A DNA stretch of 64,000 bases from Octopus sinensis (lineage: Eukaryota): positions 24,056,001-24,120,000 of the forward strand of contig NC_043003.1 of assembly GCF_006345805.1 (NCBI RefSeq), read 5' to 3'. This document shows, one piece after another, positions 1 to 13,159 of the stretch. Below the pieces are notes generated by a model, which had not been told where the DNA came from, ran no database searches, and saw nothing but the letters and a program-made list of their open reading frames with translations. The position numbers and the translations under genes are program-made. Position 1 is the stretch's first letter. Every line of letters begins with the position of its first letter.

Positions 1-74
1 TTAATCAATTCTGTGGACTTCAGTAGCGTTTCCGTTCGAACAATTTCAATCAGAAAACTTTGATTGTTCTGAAT

Positions 75-175
75 TTATAATAGAAGACCCATGCCCAACG
101 TGCAAAGGGGGGGGATCGAACCATGAAGTAGCATAGTGGCAAAGCTAACTCTTTAATCACCAATGTCATAAGCAC
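75..175 (-). mobile_element. Old, diverged 5' head of SINE family A
   Basis: Minus strand gtgattaaagagttagctttgcc...atggttcgatccc...ttgggcatgggtcttctattata aligns loosely to the family A head. Confidence 0.4.
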
Positions 176-618
176 TTGGTCATTTGAGATGTTGCAAATA
201 GCAGTCAAATATCCCTTAAAACGCGCCTTATTGTTTTCCGAATAGAGGGAGGTCATGTTAATAGATTTTGTAATAGATACACACTTTGGCTATAAATTTT
301 ATGGAATAGTCACGAATGGAAAGCTTTTGAAGATAGGGCTCCTAGTCAGGAGCTGAATCAAACAATAAAAAAAATTGTCAATGGCGTTGTGCTTAATAGG
401 CTACGTCTAGTATGTTTAATTGCTGGTTTCGTAGGAAAAATCAGCTGACTGTAATGTTTATCTGAGAAAGTTTAAAAACTCATCAAACTTCTGATAGAAA
501 CAGGAATTACCTTTGAAGTTTACAGGTTTGACTCCTAAGGCATTATTTTGTATAAGCATAAAAGAAACATTTAATAGAGAACGTTTTGTTTGTCCAATAC
601 TTAATTGCTGTTATTTAG

Positions 619-657
<39 letters not shown>

Positions 658-1530
658 GTACACACATATTCAATACTAATCAGACTGACCTTTCTATAGA
701 AAGTAGACATTGATTTGACGTGTCACAAACTTGCACTGATGAAGACAGATGGTGGTGTAGTTGGTGACACGACTTCAGTATATTATTAGTATTTAGTTTA
801 TGGCTTAGGTGGTGGTGGGAAGCAAACCCAACCAGCACTGGTGATATTCTTACTAAAATATTAAGAGAACTATACTGAATACACTGAAACCAATTAATCA
901 TTCTCTATACTATTGCTAACAACAAACTACTCTACTGAATATAATTATTGATTTCTTACATGGTCATACAAACACATATTGATCTCCGTGCAGATCTTGC
1001 ACGTATGCACTTACTACTTGAGTCGACCCAAGTCGAATGGCATTCAGAATTAATTTCAGTGAAATATAATCTCAGGCAAGACATAAACAGGATATCGAAA
1101 AATAAGTTATCCTTGTACTACTCTACAATTAACTTTAAACCCAGAACATAGAGGAATGCAATGACAAACTGCATGTTGCTTAGTTATGTCAGCAGTAGTT
1201 TCTGCTGACTAACTACATGTGAACAATAATTTTTTTAACTGTCTGTAACTTTTCATTTTTCAGAGAGACTTTGATCGATGAAATCGATACCAGTATTTCA
1301 CTAATATTTATTTTACTGACACCAGCTTTTATGGTGGATGAGCCGAGTTTAACCAGGTGGTAATTGAACAAAAATCATTAGATGACTCAAGTAAATATCA
1401 CGCAGCATTTAAACCGGTACACATCTGTTTTTTATAACGTAGCCTCCCTGCTTGATGTTGTTCAATGTTAAATACCAGCTTACACATTGCGTTGTGTGTG
1501 CAACATTACCCATTGACCTTCTCCATTTGA

Positions 1531-1936
1531 TACTCTTTTTCTTAGCTGTTTCAGTCATTTGATTGTGGTCATGCTGGAGCACCGCCTTTAGTCGAGCAAA
1601 TCTACCCCAGGACTTATTCTTTGTAAGCCTAGTACTTATTCTATCGGTCTCATGTGCCGAACCACTAAGTTACGAGGACGTAAACACACCACCATCAAGC
1701 GATGTTGGTGGAAGTGAAAAACACAGACACACAAACACACATACGCGCATACATATATAGATATACATATATATACGACGGGCTTCTTTCAGTTTCCGTC
1801 TACCAAATCCACTTACAAGGGTTTGGTCGGCCCGAGGCTACAGTAGAAGACACTTGCCCAAGGTGCCACACAGTGGGACTGAACCCGGAACCATGTGGTT
1901 CGTAAGCAAGCAACTTACCACACAGCCACTCCTGCG
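1531..1936 (-). mobile_element. tRNA-derived SINE, family A (~400 bp, internal TA/TG microsatellite)
   Basis: Head gcaggagtggctgtgtggtaag...ggttccgggttcagtccc (Pol III A/B-box-like), tail cagcatg..cacaatcaaatgactgaaac plus A-rich end; more than 10 similar copies in the window. Confidence 0.9.
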
Positions 1937-1995
1937 TTAATACATAAATTGAAGAAAATTTCGCAGCATAATTTGCAAGGTGGTTTAGACAGGCA

Positions 1996-2240
1996 AGTGA
2001 AGGCGCGTGGCTTAGTGGTTAGGGGGTCAGCATCATCATCGTAAGACTGTGGTTTCGATTCCTGGACTGGGTGACGCGTTGTGTTCTTGAGTAAATCACT
2101 TCCTTTCACATTGCTCCAGTGCACTCAGCTGGCAAAAGTGAGTAACGCTGCGACGGACTGGCGTCCCGTCCAGCTGGGGAACACATACGCCATTGAAACC
2201 GGGTCCATGAGCCTGGCTAAGCTTTCAAAGGGCGTATTTA
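1996..2240 (+). mobile_element. tRNA-derived SINE, family B (~240 bp)
   Basis: A box tggcttagtggtt, B box gtttcgattcc, body ending ggactggcgtcccgtccag...(ttta)n; near-identical copy at 23146-23385. Confidence 0.8.
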
Positions 2241-2534
2241 TTTATTTATTTATTTATTTACTTATTTATTTATCTATTTATTTATTTATTTATTAATTAG
2301 ACAGGCAAAACAGACTCGGTTGTAGAGTGGTTATTAAATAAATTTAAAGAACTTGGTGATCTGTATAGTTTATATTCGCTCGATTAAAATGAACTTCTTC
2401 ATTATGTTTGAAAACGTATGACGATCGAAGCAAATATTGAAGTAGACTACTGGTTAAAGAAAAATCGATTGGTGACTCACTCTCAAATACCATCTGAATT
2501 AAGTGGGTAATAATAATAATAACAAGAAAGTCAA

Positions 2535-2535
<1 letters not shown>

Positions 2536-2587
<52 letters not shown>

Positions 2588-2620
2588 TAGTAGCAGCAGC
2601 AGCAGCAGTAGTAGTAGTAA

Positions 2621-2657
<37 letters not shown>

Positions 2658-2862
2658 TAGTAGTAGTAGTGGTAGTAGTGGTAGTAGTAGTGGTGGTGGT
2701 GGTAGTGTAGTAGTAGTAGTAGTGTAGTAGTAGTAGTGTAGTAGTAGTGGTGGTGGTGGTAGTGGTAGTAGTAGTAGCAGCAGTAGTAGTAGTAGTAGTA
2801 GTAGTAGTTGTAGTAGTAGTAGTAGTAGTGGTGGTGGTGGTAGTGGTAGTAGTAGTAGCAGC

Positions 2863-2945
<83 letters not shown>
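2536..2945. repeat. (AGT)n/(GGT)n trinucleotide microsatellite
   Basis: Direct reading; explains the poly-S and poly-V ORFs. Confidence 0.95.
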
Positions 2946-3553
2946 AAATAATGAGGGTGGTAATAATAATGGTTATAATTTAATTACAATGAAACTAGTA
3001 ATATTGACGGTGGTGGTGGTGGTGACAGTGGTGGGATGTAGAGAGGAAAAGACGGAGGAGAAGTAAGAGGACGACGAAGACGGCGATGTTGTCGCGGATG
3101 ATGATGGTGACGATGACGACAACGACGACTATGAAGATGATGAAGATGATAATGAGGTTGAGGATGACAAATATGTCAAGGTACTTAGCCACAATAACGT
3201 TCATCAGCAGCGTAGAAATAAGTAACATTTAACAGTATACAATAACCATCAGCGTCGCCACCATTTCGTTCTAATTAACAATAACATTAACAAATACAAA
3301 TACAAAAGCAAACGCAAAAAATGGCATTACAATGAATATTCCCAAGTAGCATTACATAATTAAATATTAGATTTAGTTTTACGATATTTTTCTGTGTATT
3401 ATTCTTATTCCTGTTCGTTTCTTTCCATCGTAGCGTCACAATATTTTCCTTCTGCAGGAAATCTATTTCCTACAAAGCTTGCCATTAACGATGCAGTCGA
3501 GTGGAATGTACGTGCATATGTGTCTGTGTGTTCATATATATTTACACATAATG

Positions 3554-3556
<3 letters not shown>

Positions 3557-3602
<46 letters not shown>

Positions 3603-3620
3603 TATATATATATAATATAT

Positions 3621-3697
<77 letters not shown>

Positions 3698-3842
3698 TGT
3701 ATATATGTATATATTATTCATATATATACATGCATGAATAAGTATTATAGAAATATAGAAATATATATACACATATATATACTATGCACGCATATATATA
3801 TATATATAATATATATATATATACAAACACGTCTATATATAT
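3557..3842. repeat. (TA)n microsatellite, one of many (others near 4160-4250, 19210-19320, 19760-20275, 21240-21460, 21790-21980, 40575-40655, 60890-61070)
   Basis: Direct reading; explains the (IY)n ORFs. Confidence 0.95.
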
Positions 3843-4207
3843 AAACTGTACATACTGATTCACATATATGCGTAAATTGATTCGTTCACATGAGGGCAGT
3901 TTGTGTGTGTGCATGTGTGTGTGTATACGCGCGCGTACATGCATTACTTATGATATATTAAAACAGAAAAGAACATGTGACGAGTCTAAGTAGGTCTTCA
4001 GAGAAGAAACATAATAACGTACTATTTTCAAAATCTTTAAGACAAAGTAGAAATCTATATAGAATATTCCACAAGAAATTGAAAGTTCCATCTACAAATT
4101 GCAAAATTTGCTTTGTTACTTCAATGTTGATCCAACAATTTCATACATACATACATACACACACACACACATATACATACATACATCTATATATATATGT
4201 ATATATA

Positions 4208-4251
<44 letters not shown>

Positions 4252-4255
<4 letters not shown>

Positions 4256-4697
4256 CAAATAAGCAACATGTATGTCCAGGCATCAGTGCATTACGCTCGT
4301 TTCAAGCGGCTCCATTTAATCGATGAATGCAAACATTAGATCAATTTCAAATAAACCGCTCTCCTCGGTCACATACGACCATATAGATTTCCAACATAGA
4401 GGATACACAATTATAATTTTTTGCAAATTTTTCTTCCCTACTAGAGAATAAAATTTTGCTACAATAATAGCAAAACGAAGCAATGTAATTAATTCAGTTT
4501 CTAGTGATGATGAAAATTTCGATAAAATACTAAAATGGAGTATCCTGTATGTTGCAATCTATATGGTCATATGCGTCCGAGGAGATTAGTTTATTGCAAA
4601 TTAACGTAAAATGGGCATTGATCGATTAAATGTAAACGCTTGAAACGGCCGTAATGCACTGATACAGGAACAACGTTGTTATTAATTTGCTTTTTAT
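4252..4697. mobile_element. Foldback / MITE-like element with ~155-bp imperfect terminal inverted repeats
   Basis: 4252-4406 is the reverse complement of 4540-4697 (e.g. atcagtgcattacg / cgtaatgcactgat; gaccatatagatt / aatctatatggtc). Confidence 0.8.
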
Positions 4698-4790
4698 TCA
4701 CCTAACTTCGATCTGTGCGGACAATACTGGACTCACTTAGTGCCTCAATTTAAATACGTAATTTAGCTAAAGCTTAATTCTTTCTGATAT

Positions 4791-4833
<43 letters not shown>

Positions 4834-5184
4834 CGAAACGCAAAGTAGATAAAACAGGGGACAACTGATGAAGGGAATGTTCTTTATGCTGCTTGTCTCG
4901 TTTCTCTGTTTGTTTCTTCGTTGTTCGGAAAAAAGTTCGTTTTCTATGTTTTTGTTTTTTATTTTCTCGTTTCTCATTTTGTCTAAGTTTTTATGATGTC
5001 GTTTACCCACATATAAATGTATACGTTCATTATATAGGCATGTAGATATATGTATATATATGCATGTATATATATATTATTTATATTGTATATATAAATA
5101 TATGTATATACATATGTATGTGTATATATATATGTATGTGTGTATATATATATATATATATGCATATACATATATATATATATA

Positions 5185-5409
5185 TAAAGTTTTAAGGAGA
5201 GTTCAAATAGGTTCACCTATTTATATAAACATATATTGCACCATGGATCGATGAATATCAGTTTTTAAATAAACAAATGTATCAATAATTAAAATATCAA
5301 AACATATCTCAAATCTATGAAATGATAATTCTATAAAAAATATTAATATGCATATATAAATAGACGAACGAGATTAAGTTGTAAAAGTGTAAATGTATGA
5401 AAGCATAAG

Positions 5410-5477
<68 letters not shown>

Positions 5478-5925
5478 TGAGAGAGAGAGAGTGAGAGAGA
5501 GAGAGAGAGAATTAAAATCGTAATAATTACATATATTTACTAGAAAATATAATCTCAACGCTATGATTTTTATTTTATTCCCTCTTTTCGTAAGGCGTCA
5601 TTTTATTCACCTTCTTGTAAGGGCATATTTATTTATAAATATTTTTACAACCCCGCTCCAAAACGCCTTTTAATACGATTGTAATTCTAAATGTCTCTCT
5701 ATATATCTTTATACAGCTATGTTTTTATACATCTACACTGCTATAACTTAATCTCTATTTATATATATATGTTAAATATTTATATATTTATGTATTCATA
5801 GATTTTTCACGTTTTAATATTTTAATGATTTGTATATTTGTAAACTTAAAAACTGATATCCATCGATCCATGCTGCAATATATGTTTACATAAATTGTTG
5901 AACCTATTTGAACTCTTCTTAATAT
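5185..5925. repeat. Long inverted repeat just upstream of the Penelope-like ORF (probable inverted pseudo-LTR)
   Basis: About 5185-5410 is the reverse complement of about 5712-5925 (gagttcaaataggttca / tgaacctatttgaactc; catggatcgatg / catcgatccatg). Confidence 0.7.
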
Positions 5926-6058
5926 GTTTTAAATCTTGTCTCTGGCTTCTATCTGAGCACTTCAAATTACTGCCTATACAATACACAAAGAAATTTTACT
6001 ATGCAAAATTGACTCCCAGGAGCACTTCATATAGGTAGAGTTAATGGAGAATTAATTC

Positions 6059-7870
6059 ATGGGTTGTTCAATTAAAAATATCACTATACCATCTAAGGAT
6101 GCATATGTGAAAGTCCTTCTACAAAAAAAAAATAACGATCTCATTACTAAGATGAGATGGAGAGCATTCGTTTATCATTCTAAATCAAAATGCAACAATC
6201 CAGTTAAAACTATAGAAAAAAATACTTACAAATATTATATGAACACACCTCCAAATCCTGTAATGGCGAAATTTGAAAAGGAGTTAATGCATATGATAAA
6301 AGAACTAAAATATTCTAAATATGCAGATCCATTTCAAAAAGGACTCTCTGAAAGCATTTCTAAAATACGTTCCTCACAATATTTACATATCTTTTCTGAT
6401 AAAACTGGGAACCTCTATTTATTACCTATTGAAACCTAAAATAGTTTAATGCAAAAACAACTTAACATAATTACAAACACGCTCATGCAAATGCGTTGAA
6501 AGATATTAATAAAACACGTTATAAAATACTAAAGGATTTGGACCTGCTCAACAGAACTGAACCATACGCTCCCAGAACACCACATTTTTCACTGAAGGAC
6601 CATAAACCTAAATTTGAACGTAATATGTCCTACAAAATTAGACTTATACAAGATTAATAAAACAATTTTAGATGGAGTATTACCTCGAATTAAAGAAAAT
6701 ATACACCCCACCCCTTTTAACTTTACCGGTGATGTAATTACATGGTTTCATTTCCTCAAGGACAAACATCACATTAATTTTATCTAGTTTAATATCTCAG
6801 ATTATCATCTAATTTACTGAGTGAAGCATCATCATTTGCTCAAAACTATATAACCATTTCTGCATCTCATAGAGATATAATCTTGGCTGTTAGAAAAACC
6901 CTTAGAAATTTTAATGACAAAAATTGGACTCGAAATATTAACTCTGGCCTTTTTGTTATAACAATGGGCTCCTCAGATTCAGCCCAAATACCAGACATTG
7001 TGGGACTATTTCTTCTCTCAAAAATTATGCAACACTTTCCTAACATATCCGGGGATCTCTATAGAGACGACGCACTTTTGGCAACTAAAAACTTATCTCG
7101 TCCCGCGACCGAACATACCCCGAATTGGAACATAAGAAATATTTAATAGTATGTTTAAAAGATTGTAATTATAATTTAGATGTAAGGTTTAAAATAGATA
7201 ATAAGGTTGCTAATTTTTTAGACGTCACACTTAATCTTAACACTAATCTTCACCATCCGTTTAGAAAACCAAATGAAATCCTTCAGTACCTAAATGTTCT
7301 CTCAAATTATCCTAGATCAACACTCAATGGTATGGTAACAGCTATCTCATCTCAATTAGAATTTCAAATTTATCAGCGAATGAGGAGGTATTCAATTCTC
7401 ACGCACTGTATTATAACCAAACCCTAAAATTAAGTGGTTTTAAAAAAGAAATATTTTACATCCCTCATAACATTGTTAAGACCAAAATTTCAAATATTTT
7501 GAACGGAACTGTTTCACAATCTAGTAATACGAACTCCAATTTAGATAAACCAATTAAACACATGAAAAAACAGCATATGAATGAGGCCCGAATTAGCAAC
7601 ATAGCATTCAAGAATTCACATAAATATAAACGCTGTATCTCCAACCAATCTTATCAGACCAAACATTGAAATTCTAGGAAACGTGAAATTATATGGTTTG
7701 CCCCGACCTTCTCTCTACCGATCAAGTCTTAAGCCAAAACATTAAAAAAAATATTGGAGAAAAATTTCCTTAAAATTCATAAACACTATCCTATTTTTAA
7801 TAAATCCTCTGTGAAATTGTTGTACTCTATTACTCCGAATTTAAGTTCAATTATAGCTTCCATTAATATA
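6059..7870 (+). mobile_element. Decayed Penelope-like element (PLE) reverse-transcriptase ORF, ending before the GIY-YIG domain
   Basis: Frameshifted segments: CSIKNITIPSKDAY...KMRWRAF (PLE N-terminus), TMGSSDSAQIPDIVGLFLL and LYRDDAL (PLE RT motifs), FLDVTLNL, IIWFAPTFS, and VKLLYSITPNLSSII. Confidence 0.85.
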
Positions 7871-8182
7871 TTATAAACTGACACTTAGGAAATCTACCTA
7901 CACAAATGTATACTATAATGGAGAACGCTGCTTGTTAATTAGGTATGTAACAATTACTAAAAGTACTAAAAGAAAGCAATATTAAAAGCTTCACCGTCTG
8001 GAAATATTTTTATAAATTCATGTTGTGAGAAATTGCCTATAATTTCGATTTCTGAAGTTTATAGAATTTTTGAAACTCCAAATTTTCACAAGTTTATATA
8101 TTCATTGCATTCACTGCGTTCAATTCTTCGTGAATTTAAATATTCATTGCATTCACTGCGGAGTAGATTTTAAAAAGTAGAT

Positions 8183-8713
8183 TTTAATACAGATACAGTT
8201 GATAATGAACCTCTGTACCCAATCGAGTTTATCAATAAACTTACACCTACATTCTCAGGGTTTCCGCAACACATTCTCAACCTGAAGAAAAAGCGATGTA
8301 TAATGCTTCTGCGAAATTTAGATGCTACTAATGAACATTGCAGTGACACACACTACATCATTGTTAGTTTACATGATCGTGTTACTGAGGCTGAGGTTGC
8401 TTCTGGTCCTTATGCAGGATCAACTCTGGTAATCCCAAGAATACCCCATGTAACTCAAGAAGCGGAATTTCCATTTACATTTTCACGCAAACAATTTCCT
8501 GTCACGTCAGGTTTTGCCTTAACGTGCAACAAGGCACAGAGACATACTTTTGAACAAACTGGAATATACCTTCTAACACAATTCTTCTTATATTGTCACA
8601 CGTATGTTGCATTATCTAGAGCTCGAAAGAAGGCTAATGTAAAAATATTGGCTGAGAGAAATGGTAACTGTATGATTACTGACAATTGTGTCTACAGGGA
8701 GATACTACTTTAA
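8183..8713 (+). mobile_element. Helitron RepHel C-terminal PIF1-family helicase fragment
   Basis: One open frame: YPIEFINKLTPTFSGFPQHILNLKK...IMLLRNL...IPRIP...FPFTFSRKQFPV..GFALTCNKAQ...YVALSR...TDNCVYREIL, matching Helitron helicase C-terminal motifs with some conserved residues mutated. Confidence 0.9.
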
Positions 8714-8977
8714 AGTAAAATATGATTTTTAGCAAGTTTCAGTAAATAGAATTAACACATAAATTATGTGAAAACTAACATATATTTGCCTGGAATTAAA
8801 TTGTTTTGTCATATTTCAACACATGCGAATGAATGGTGTCGTTATATTCGATCATTTTAAATTTGGGTTTATTTGAAAAAGTAAGGAAATGTTATTCCCA
8901 TGTGTTCTCACAGCATCAGACTTTTGTGTGAGTGAGTGTGTGTGTATCCCTCCCTCACTTCCTCCCTCCATCCATCC

Positions 8978-9059
<82 letters not shown>

Positions 9060-10145
9060 GTCTGTCTATCTATCTACCTATCTAACTATGCACACCTATG
9101 TAAACTCTACGAATTATTAATGATAAATATATATAACAGATTGACTCTTTAAAAAAGAGTGATTATAACTGATGAAATAGTGAAAGCAATATTTACTAAG
9201 CAAGTGAGCACTATTATACAAAGATATAATTAGATGTAAAATATCATAAAATCATTACAATTAGGAATCAAATGTGGAAATATTATCTAGTGGCTAGCAG
9301 CAAACCACTCGGAGGACGGTCGTTCCGCTAGTCATTATAATGAACTTTATAACTACAAAACTGATACCACCTCTAATGTAAATATTACGCCAGGTCACCC
9401 CTGATGGCCGAGGTTGACTTAACCTCTAGTAATCGGAAAATTAATGCCGATGCAGGGAGGAAAAATCAGGTGATTTTCGAATTAAGGAATCGTGCCCGCT
9501 AGCCGGATCCTGTTTACATAGTAATGTAGTGTATAGGTGTTCTGTGAAGATCCCTGCTACACATAGGATAATAGTATAAATAGGAAGTACTATAGACTTT
9601 AAAAGCCGCTGTAGGACCCATATGAATTCTTTTACTAACGTAAAATATGAATTTTTCTACAACGTTAGTTACGTATATACAAGAACGTAAACTAAAAAAT
9701 ATACAATATTCATTATCTTGGTTAGTAATAACAGAAGACTCCCCACCCCCGTACAACATCATTACGCGTGTATGTACATTATGTATTAGAGAATCAACGA
9801 ATATTTTCCAATGATACGGCTCTAAATCATTAAATAAATTCTCGGATGCTATGTATTCCTGTAACCATAGATACCGTCCAACATTTAAATATCTCTATAA
9901 ACCTCGATAAATTAATCATTAAATTTTAATTTTCTATATTTCTCTTAATTTCTATACTCCTGCCACCCTGTAACTTCATCTTGATCAATGATTATTTGCT
10001 TTACATTTAAAACATTTTCTAAATTCTGTTTCCCATAATTTCTGCTATAATATTTCCTCTTCTTGTAAATAAATACACCTCCCTATATAACTAAATCTCA
10101 TCTGCCCATTGCAACATTGTACGAAATGGGAATCCTGAATAATAT

Positions 10146-10241
10146 GTTCTCTCTGATGAAGGAGGCAGTATCCAGTTTTGGGAGTAAATATACCTTTAAA
10201 ATCTATGGATTACTGTGCCCCTGAAACCACCGTAATAGGAC
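10146..10241 (+). ncRNA. Type I hammerhead ribozyme candidate with a long stem II
   Basis: GUUCUCU-CUGAUGA-(AGGAGGCAGUAUCCA...UGGAUUACUGUGCCCCU)-GAAAC-CACC-GUA-AUAGGAC; stem I pairs at 6 of 7 positions. Confidence 0.6.
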
Positions 10242-10289
10242 TACCACCAAAAGTTTATACAAACAGGATTACCTAAAGGCTCCACGAAA

Positions 10290-10495
10290 ACACCTAAAGA
10301 TCCATGATGCTCCGGCAGGGGGGGTGGCGATCCCTGCTGTACTCTTTCGCCACAACTTTCTCTCACTCTTTCTTCTGCTGGCCTGTTCGCTTAGTCAACG
10401 GGGTGGCGTCATTTGAAGGTAAAAACAATGCGAAGCGCATTGTGATCAGCAATGTATAGCAACATCTAATAACCTGGTCGGTCACGGTGGTCACG
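10290..10495 (+). mobile_element. Partial SINE related to the 61492-61800 copy
   Basis: Shares gctccggcag...gcga...ctgct..actctttcgc.acaac.tt.tctcac with 61605-61670. Confidence 0.4.
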
Positions 10496-10532
10496 GTGAT
10501 ATATACATATACATACATACATACATATATAT

Positions 10533-10575
<43 letters not shown>

Positions 10576-10610
10576 ATACATATAAATAAAACATAATATA
10601 TATATATTAT

Positions 10611-13089
10611 ACCTCAAACAAATGATGACAGAAGCAACAAGAAATAATAATACGATCGACTTGGTTTTCTCCACAAACGAGGACACGCTATTTGACCTTC
10701 ACTCAACCCCAACAATCCTTTCAGACCACAATATTATTGAAATGCATTTACACATTGGTAATGAGCCCAATGCCACAACTCTTAAACAAAAGGACATGCC
10801 AAAGCTATGCAGGTATGATTATCACCAGGCAAATGGGGAAACTATTAACAACCAGTTACAAATCATTGACTGGGATCTCACCTTACTGGGCCAGATAAAC
10901 ACAAGAAATTCTTAAACAAGATCGAAGAAATATGTGAAAAAAATGTTCCTCTAAAGAAAACCAAGTCCACAAAAAAACCTGTACCACGGAGCGAAAGATC
11001 CTGATGCGAAAAAGGTCAAGACTAAGAAACAAAACATCTAAGCTGACATCAAAACATGAATTACAGAAAGTCCTTGACCAAATATACAGATTAGAAGACA
11101 ATCTAAACAACACTATGATGAAGAACGTAACAATGCAGAAAAGAAAGCCATAGAAAACATCAAGAAAAATCCAAAATGTTTCTACAGTTTTGCAAAGAAA
11201 TACTCGAACACCAAGTCAACAATAGGACCTCTCCAGAGACAAAATGGGGATGTGTAGTGAATAACCCTATTGAAATGGCAGAAATGTTGGGTCAACAGTA
11301 TGAAAGTGTCTTCAGTGAGCCATCTAAAACCATGAAGATCCATGACCCAGGAAAATTCTTCAAGGATATCGACCATACTAAACCTACCCTATCCGACATT
11401 GATTTCAACCCAGAAGACATAGCAAGAGCAATAGACAAGCTCTCCATGCACTCGGCTGCGGGGCTGACGGTTTCAATGCCATGATACTTAAAAACGCAAG
11501 GCACAATTGTCGAAACCCCTTTACATGATATGGAGGGAATCTATGGAGAATGGCAAAATACCAAATAAATATAAAGAAGCACACATAACTCCAATACATA
11601 AGGGGATAGCAAATCAAAACCAAAGAACTACCGACCAATCTCACTGACATCACACATTATCAAGGTCTTCGAAAGAATAGTTCGTGGAAAACTGGTTGAG
11701 TTCCTGGAATCCAACAATCTGATGAATTGCAACCAGCATGGATTCAGGTTAGGTAGATCATGCCTTTCCCAACTACTGGCACACCATGACCAAATCCTAG
11801 AAAATCTAGAGAATGGATACAACACAGATGTTATCTACCTCGACTTTGCCAAGGCATTTGACAAGGTAGATCATGGCATCCTGGGTCACAAACTTCGAAA
11901 GCTAGGAGTAGGAGGAAAAGTTGGTACATGGATACACGAGTCCTTACAAATAGAACTCAAACAGTCACTGTGAATGGAACCCATTCAACACCATCACCTG
12001 TGACCAGCAGTGTTCCTCAGGGTACAGTACTCGGCCCAATCCTGTTTCTCATCCTCATCTCTGACATAGATGAAGATACAACCAGCAACGTCTCATCCTT
12101 TGCTGATGACACCAGGTCATGAGACAAATCAAAGACGAGGTGGATACAGAGGCCTTACAAAAGGACCTGACCACCATATATAAATGGCAGGAAACAAACA
12201 ACATGTTGTTCAATGATAAGAAGTTTGAACTAATTCGCTACGGAACAGATCAAGATCTGAAAAATACAACAAACTACAGAAACCCATCAGGACAACAAAT
12301 AATGGAAAAACAGTATGTGAAAGATTTAGGCATCCACATGGGAACCAACCTAAAATTCAGAGAACACCTTGACTCAGTCTGTCTTACTGCAAGAAAGTAC
12401 AGCGGGTGGATCTTGCGCACCTTCAAATCAAGAGATACCTCAACAATGAAAACCCTCTGAACAGTATGATACTTCCGAGGATTGACTACTGTTCTCAGTT
12501 GTGGTCACCAACAACAAAGGGCCAACTATCTAAGATAGAATCGCTCCAAAGAAATTTTACCTCATACTTCTCAGAAACGAGGGACCTGGACTTGGCAAAG
12601 ACTCAAAACTTGAGAGATGTACTCAATAGAAAGAAGATTTGAGCGATACCGATTATATACATTTGGAAAATGATAGAGCAGAAGGTGCCAAACTTTGGTA
12701 TCAAAACCTACCACTCACTGCGCCACGGAAGACGCTGCCAGCTGCCACCAATCAACAAAAAGGCTGGCCAGGCAGCAAAAACCCTGCGAGAATCAAGTCT
12801 GTTGGTTCGAGGAGCACAACTGTTCAACTCCATTCCGGTACATGTCAGAAATCTATCAGGATGCAGTGTGGAATCATTCAAATTGCAACTGGATAGATAC
12901 TTAAGCACCATTAGAGATGAACCCCATCTCCCAGGATATACACAACGAGCACAAACTGACTCAAACTCGCTCCTACACATGTCAAATTTAAGCAGAGAAT
13001 ACAACCTGGCAACCACACCAGACTCTGAGGGTGGAGTCTTCGACTTGGCCTGAGCATGGACTCAAACCCAAATGAAATGAAATGAAATG
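10611..13089 (+). mobile_element. 5'-truncated, frameshifted CR1-group LINE ORF2 (end of AP endonuclease plus RT) with (AAATG)n tail
   Basis: TRNNNTIDLVF..SDHNII (APE C-terminus), NYRPISLTSHIIKVFE, QHGFRLGRSCLSQL, YLDFAKAFDKVDH, VPQGTVLGP, FADDT, PRIDYCSQLWSP, LDRYLSTIRDEP; flanked by (TA)n on both sides. Confidence 0.92.
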
Positions 13090-13159
13090 ATATATATATA
13101 TATATATATGTATGCATATATATATATATATATATATATATTATTATATATATATATAT

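Noticed and set aside
50-256. 68-aa minus-strand ORF as a host exon
   Set aside because: Overlaps a decayed SINE head and has no recognisable protein motif.
1171-1220. Hairpin (tagtta-t-gtcagcag / ctgctgac-taacta) as a pre-miRNA
   Set aside because: Short stem and 6-nt loop; nothing distinguishes it from a chance hairpin without small-RNA data.
2503-3844. Poly-S/V/D and (IY)n, (CV)n, (LSIY)n ORFs here and throughout the track
   Set aside because: They are translations of microsatellites, which lack stops in several frames.
4830-4910. GAAACG...CUGAUGAAGGGAAUGUUCUUU as a hammerhead
   Set aside because: No GAAA follows stem II and no cleavage triplet; at most a remnant.
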